Below, one piece after another: positions 28,641 to 32,000 of a stretch of 32,000 bases of DNA. The translations under genes were made by a program, and so were the position numbers. A model generated the notes under the pieces. That model saw only the letters and a list, made by a program, of their open reading frames with translations. It made no database searches and was not told the origin of the DNA. The first letter of the stretch is position 1. Each line of letters opens with the position of its first letter. The stretch spans positions 24,229 through 56,228 of the forward strand of contig MTSL01000205.1 of assembly GCA_002794465.1 (NCBI GenBank), in the 5' to 3' direction. The stretch comes from Paramicrosporidium saccamoebae KSL3. Lineage: Eukaryota > Fungi > Cryptomycota.

Positions 28641-29911
28641 ATGTTGACTGCGACGAGTCGAAGAGGAAGCGGTCGGGTGAGAAAGGGGGAGAAGGCTGGG
28701 GAGGTTCAGGAGGTGCAGAATATTCAGAATGATTATGGGACAAGACGATCAAATAGCAGACCGCCATTGTTGTATGAGGTGACCATGGGAGTCTTGAAAC
28801 TATGGCGAGAGTGCAAGGACCCGGGACTGACACCAGACAACCGCTGTGCACTCTGTCTCAACACGGGTAATGGCATAGAGATTGCTCACATAGTTTAGGA
28901 TTTATGCAAAACGAAAAAGAGGTGCAATTGTGTCGTTACTGTCCTGCCCGAGCAATGTTCGGGGGTAGATACCAAGTGGTGCGACAACTCGGATGTGGCA
29001 ACTTTTCCAAAGTATTCCTTGTCAGAGACACATACCTTCCCGATACGGTGCGGGCCATCAAGCTGTTGCATTCAGGAATGGCCGTAGTCGGTCGTTCCGA
29101 AGTTGGATGGTTGCGCAAACTGCACACTGTAGATAAGGATGGACGGTTGGGCAGGACGCGATTATACGGGACCATTCAACATGATGAGCATTTTGGATTA
29201 GTTCTGGAGAATTTACAGCCCATTCTACAACGAGTCACTGAGTCTGTCAACGCCCTGCGTCGGTTGGTGGTGGATGTTGCTTTGTTACTTGATGCCATGC
29301 ATCGGCCGCCATTCTCCGCCATCCATGCCGACATTAAGCTGGAGAATATTATGTACAATGAGGTGGAGGAACGGTTTCGGGTCATTGATTTTGGGAATTG
29401 CGCACCCATTTCGGGCCTAAAGGAGTATCGCAAGACCTTTGAGATCCAAAGCTTATTGTATCGGGCGCCTGAGGTGTTGGTTGGCAGCGATTTTGGCACC
29501 GCCATTGACATTTGGTCATTTGGGGTGGTTTTGGTACAGCTGCTGACTGATGGCCGTCCGCCCTTCCAAGCCACCGATCGAAATAAGCTGCTGGGCCAAA
29601 TTGCCGAGATTGTTGGCCCCTTCCCTGCGACATTTCAACAGGCCAAGTTCTACCAGCCAAATCTGCCATTAGAGACGCGCTTTGAACAAGCCCCGTCGTT
29701 TTGGCAGCGGTGGCGGAAGAGCAATCTGGCCCGAATGCTGATTGTCAAGGATTCGGCCCTGGTGGACCTGTTGGCAGGAATGTTAGAGTGCGATCCAAAA
29801 AAGCGAATTGATGCCAGGACAATACTGTTGCATCCGTTTGTGGCGCCATTAGTTCCACTAGTGAGTGACGTGGATCTTCATTTTAGTACCATTGTAGATT
29901 CCTGGAGGTAG
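28641..29911 (+). CDS. CMGC Ser/Thr kinase, DYRK/Yak1/HIPK-like, 1 intron
   Basis: Exons 28641-28866 and 28899-29911 (32-nt intron). GCGNFSKV, RAIK, IHADIKLENIM, IDFGNC, IQSLLYRAPEVLVG, IDIWSFG, PPF, DPKKRI. The start may instead be the downstream ATG of MGVLKLW. Confidence 0.85.
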
Positions 29912-30081
29912 TTTAGAGCGTTTTTGTAAAGTATTTTGACCATTGATAGCAATTATAGATAATGGGTCGTTTGTCATGTATCACAAGTTGTAAACTTGTG
30001 TAGTCGGGATGGATGATTGGTTGAACAAGGTCTGGTCTATTTAGGAACCCATTATTATTATCAACCAGTGGAAATAATGAT

Positions 30082-30699
30082 TTATTGGGGCTCGGCCATG
30101 GGACTACGAACATTGGTGGTTGTGGGTGCTGACGGAATATCATCCAAATAAGAGGGATTCTCTTCCACGCCCTGAAATTCCTGCAACATTCCCAACTCGG
30201 CTTCCAGATCCGCCTCGTCCAGGTAATCTGGAGTCCCATACGACCGGCTCAGCACCTCGTTGATCTCGTTGGAATCCTGCATCAGCTCTGCAAGCTCGTC
30301 CCGGAGATCCTCTACCTTGTCAATGTTCATCGCCTTCATATTCTGTTTCATTTCCTTGGCTGCCGTCTTCATCACTGTCACTGTCTCTGCGGTGCTGCGC
30401 AACGACTCTACGGTAAAATTGGCCTGTTCCAAGTTGAACGACTGACCCATCATCTGTGTCTTTTGGTTTTCATATTGTTTCTTCTGTTGGAGCAGTTGCA
30501 TTGCCTGTCGCTTTACAGACTCACGCGAGGGTCCAGCAGGAGTGCGGGCAAGCTGTTCCTTGTATTTGGCTAGTTCGCCGTCTATTTTCCTGATTTTCGC
30601 GTCTATGGCATCGACCCGAGAGTCCATGGTGTTGATAGTGTCATTTAGATTCGGTGGGGGAGTGTTCTTTTTGCCGCTGGAGCCAAAGAGCCGGTTCAT
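30082..30699 (-). CDS. VPS60: ESCRT-III subunit Vps60/CHMP5, 205 aa
   Basis: MNRLFG...PPPNLNDTI...DSRVDAIDAKIRKIDGELAKYKEQL...VKRQAMQLLQQKKQYE...QSFNLEQANF...SRSYGTPDYLDEADLEAEL is the CHMP5 signature. Confidence 0.93.
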   Translation of the reverse strand: MNRLFGSSGKKNTPPPNLNDTINTMDSRVDAIDAKIRKIDGELAKYKEQLARTPAGPSRESVKRQAMQLLQQKKQYENQKTQMMGQSFNLEQANFTVESLRSTAETVTVMKTAAKEMKQNMKAMNIDKVEDLRDELAELMQDSNEINEVLSRSYGTPDYLDEADLEAELGMLQEFQGVEENPSYLDDIPSAPTTTNVRSPMAEPQ

Positions 30700-30954
30700 T
30701 GTGTGTGGTCACGTTGGCGTCCAGCGCTGTTAAAGAAGACTATCGACCAATGAGAACGGCCGAATTGCTATTCATACCAAAAACACACATGTAGTTGCAA
30801 ATATACAAGCTGATTAATTAATCAAACGTTGCCAATCAATCTAGCTCGATTTCTGGATGAAGTAGGCCAAAACTCGGGAGAACAATGCATGGGTGGCTTC
30901 TGGGTGCGTCGACCCAAACAAACGAAACCGAAGCGATTCGCAGGGCACGCCACG

Positions 30955-31534
30955 ATGCCCACCAGCACGCTCCCCGCCTGGTGGACCCTCCAGGACAAGG
31001 TCACTGTCGCCCTCCCACCAAACTACACTGCCCGACCCCTCCAAGCCACCGACTACGACCATGGCTACCTCGAATGTCTTGGCCAGCTGACCCTCGTCGG
31101 ACCCGTCTCCCGCTCTCAATTCCTTGGTAGCGATGCGTCCTCTTTTCATGCGTGTAGAACGACTGGAATACATGCAACGGCATGACGACACCTACATGCC
31201 CATGGTAATCCTTGACGCCCAACGGGTGGTGGCCTGCGGGACCTTGGTCATTGAACGCAAGTTCATCCACCAGTGCGGAATGTTGGCCCACATTGAGGAC
31301 ATTGTGGTGAGCGAGGATCAGCGTGGCACTGGCCTGGGTCGCATTCTCATCCAGCAGCTCAAACATCTGGCCTTCAAACATGGCTGTTACAAGATTACCT
31401 TGGATTGTGATATAAAGAATGAGCCGTTCTATGCCCGGGGCGACTTTGAGACAAAGGGGCTGCAGATGTGTATATACTATCGCGATGATCCGGCCACCAC
31501 GCCGACCTCGCCCAAGTATCCCCACCAACTGTAG
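30955..31534 (+). CDS. GNA1: Glucosamine-6-phosphate N-acetyltransferase (GNAT), 182 aa, 1 intron
   Basis: Exons 30955-31126 and 31158-31534 (31-nt intron). Motifs RPLQATDYDHGYLECLGQLT, GTLVIERKFIHQCG..AHIEDIVV, RGTGLG, CYKITLDC, FY..GDF. An upstream in-frame ATG (MGGFWV) is possible. Confidence 0.93.
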
Positions 31535-31662
31535 ATGTCTATGTCTAGGCCCGGGTCTAGGCAAGTATTGTTGGTATTGTTGAGCGTTGAGAATTATGAA
31601 TGTTGAGATGAGTATTTGGAAAAGTGTCGAGATGTATTATGTGCCGCGTGCAGTGTTGTTTT

Positions 31663-31823
31663 ATAAAAAGAGTTCTTGTATATTCAGAGAAAGAGTTCCT
31701 GTATAGCCGGATAAGGAGTTTTTGTATAATCGGATCAAGAGCTTTTGTATAGTCAGATAAAGAGTTTCCATATAATCGGATAATTCTTGTATAGTCAGAA
31801 AGAGTCCCCGTATAGTTGGATAA
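31663..31823 (+). repeat. Degenerate minisatellite, about seven 19-25 nt units (modal 23 nt)
   Basis: Units start at 31663, 31688, 31711, 31734, 31757, 31780 and 31799, with consensus ATAAAGAGTTYTTGTATARTCRG. There are no spacers between units. Confidence 0.85.
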
Positions 31824-32000
31824 ATTCACGGTCAACGATATCACTGTCGTTTAAAACAAGATTTATTGTGTAGCACGTCAAATTCGGGTTCAGCAATATC
31901 CATTCTTTGTTAGCGTGGACAAAATGTATAGGGTTTATGTGTTTACTTTTACTGGGATTCTTCATCCGTTTTGCTGGTTGAGTGTCCCATCGCTGCCGCT

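Noticed and set aside
31663-31823. CRISPR-like array, or coding repeat in ORF 31557..31844(-)
   Set aside because: Units are contiguous with no unique spacers, degenerate and in a eukaryotic context. The 23-nt period and indels are incompatible with a coding repeat.
31950-32000. Possible 3' end of a minus-strand CDS (AAAMGHSTSKTDEESQ*)
   Set aside because: Too short to support without the adjacent sequence.

Overview
Gene-dense eukaryotic nuclear DNA (roughly 47-50% GC by eye). It most resembles a compact early-diverging fungal or Rozellomycota (Cryptomycota)-type genome; this is inference, not a database match. I reconstruct 20 protein-coding genes (one truncated at the left edge) and one tRNA-Lys(UUU): ankyrin-repeat protein, U1-70K, kynureninase, Sel1-repeat protein, J-domain/TMEM185-like protein, a two-domain AAA+ ATPase, PI4-kinase Stt4, ERCC1/Rad10, Scm3-domain protein, ERH, Trm61, RPS29, CABLES-like cyclin, divergent WD40 protein, mL46, Trs120, Sec24, DYRK-like kinase, Vps60 and Gna1. 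ERH and RPS29 are absent from the ORF track because tiny introns fragment them. The most notable signals are: (1) a dispersed ~150-230 bp non-coding repeat in four copies with weak Pol III A/B-box-like motifs, two of which bracket the kynureninase gene in inverted orientation; (2) 30 inferred introns, all 30-37 nt, with almost no donor consensus beyond GTA, 29/30 TAG acceptors and one GC-AG intron; (3) extreme packing, including start codons 10, 23 and 34 bp apart and stop codons 5 bp apart; (4) an N-domain-less AAA ATPase with non-canonical Walker B motifs (DD and DQ). All exon models were read by hand and need RNA-seq confirmation.
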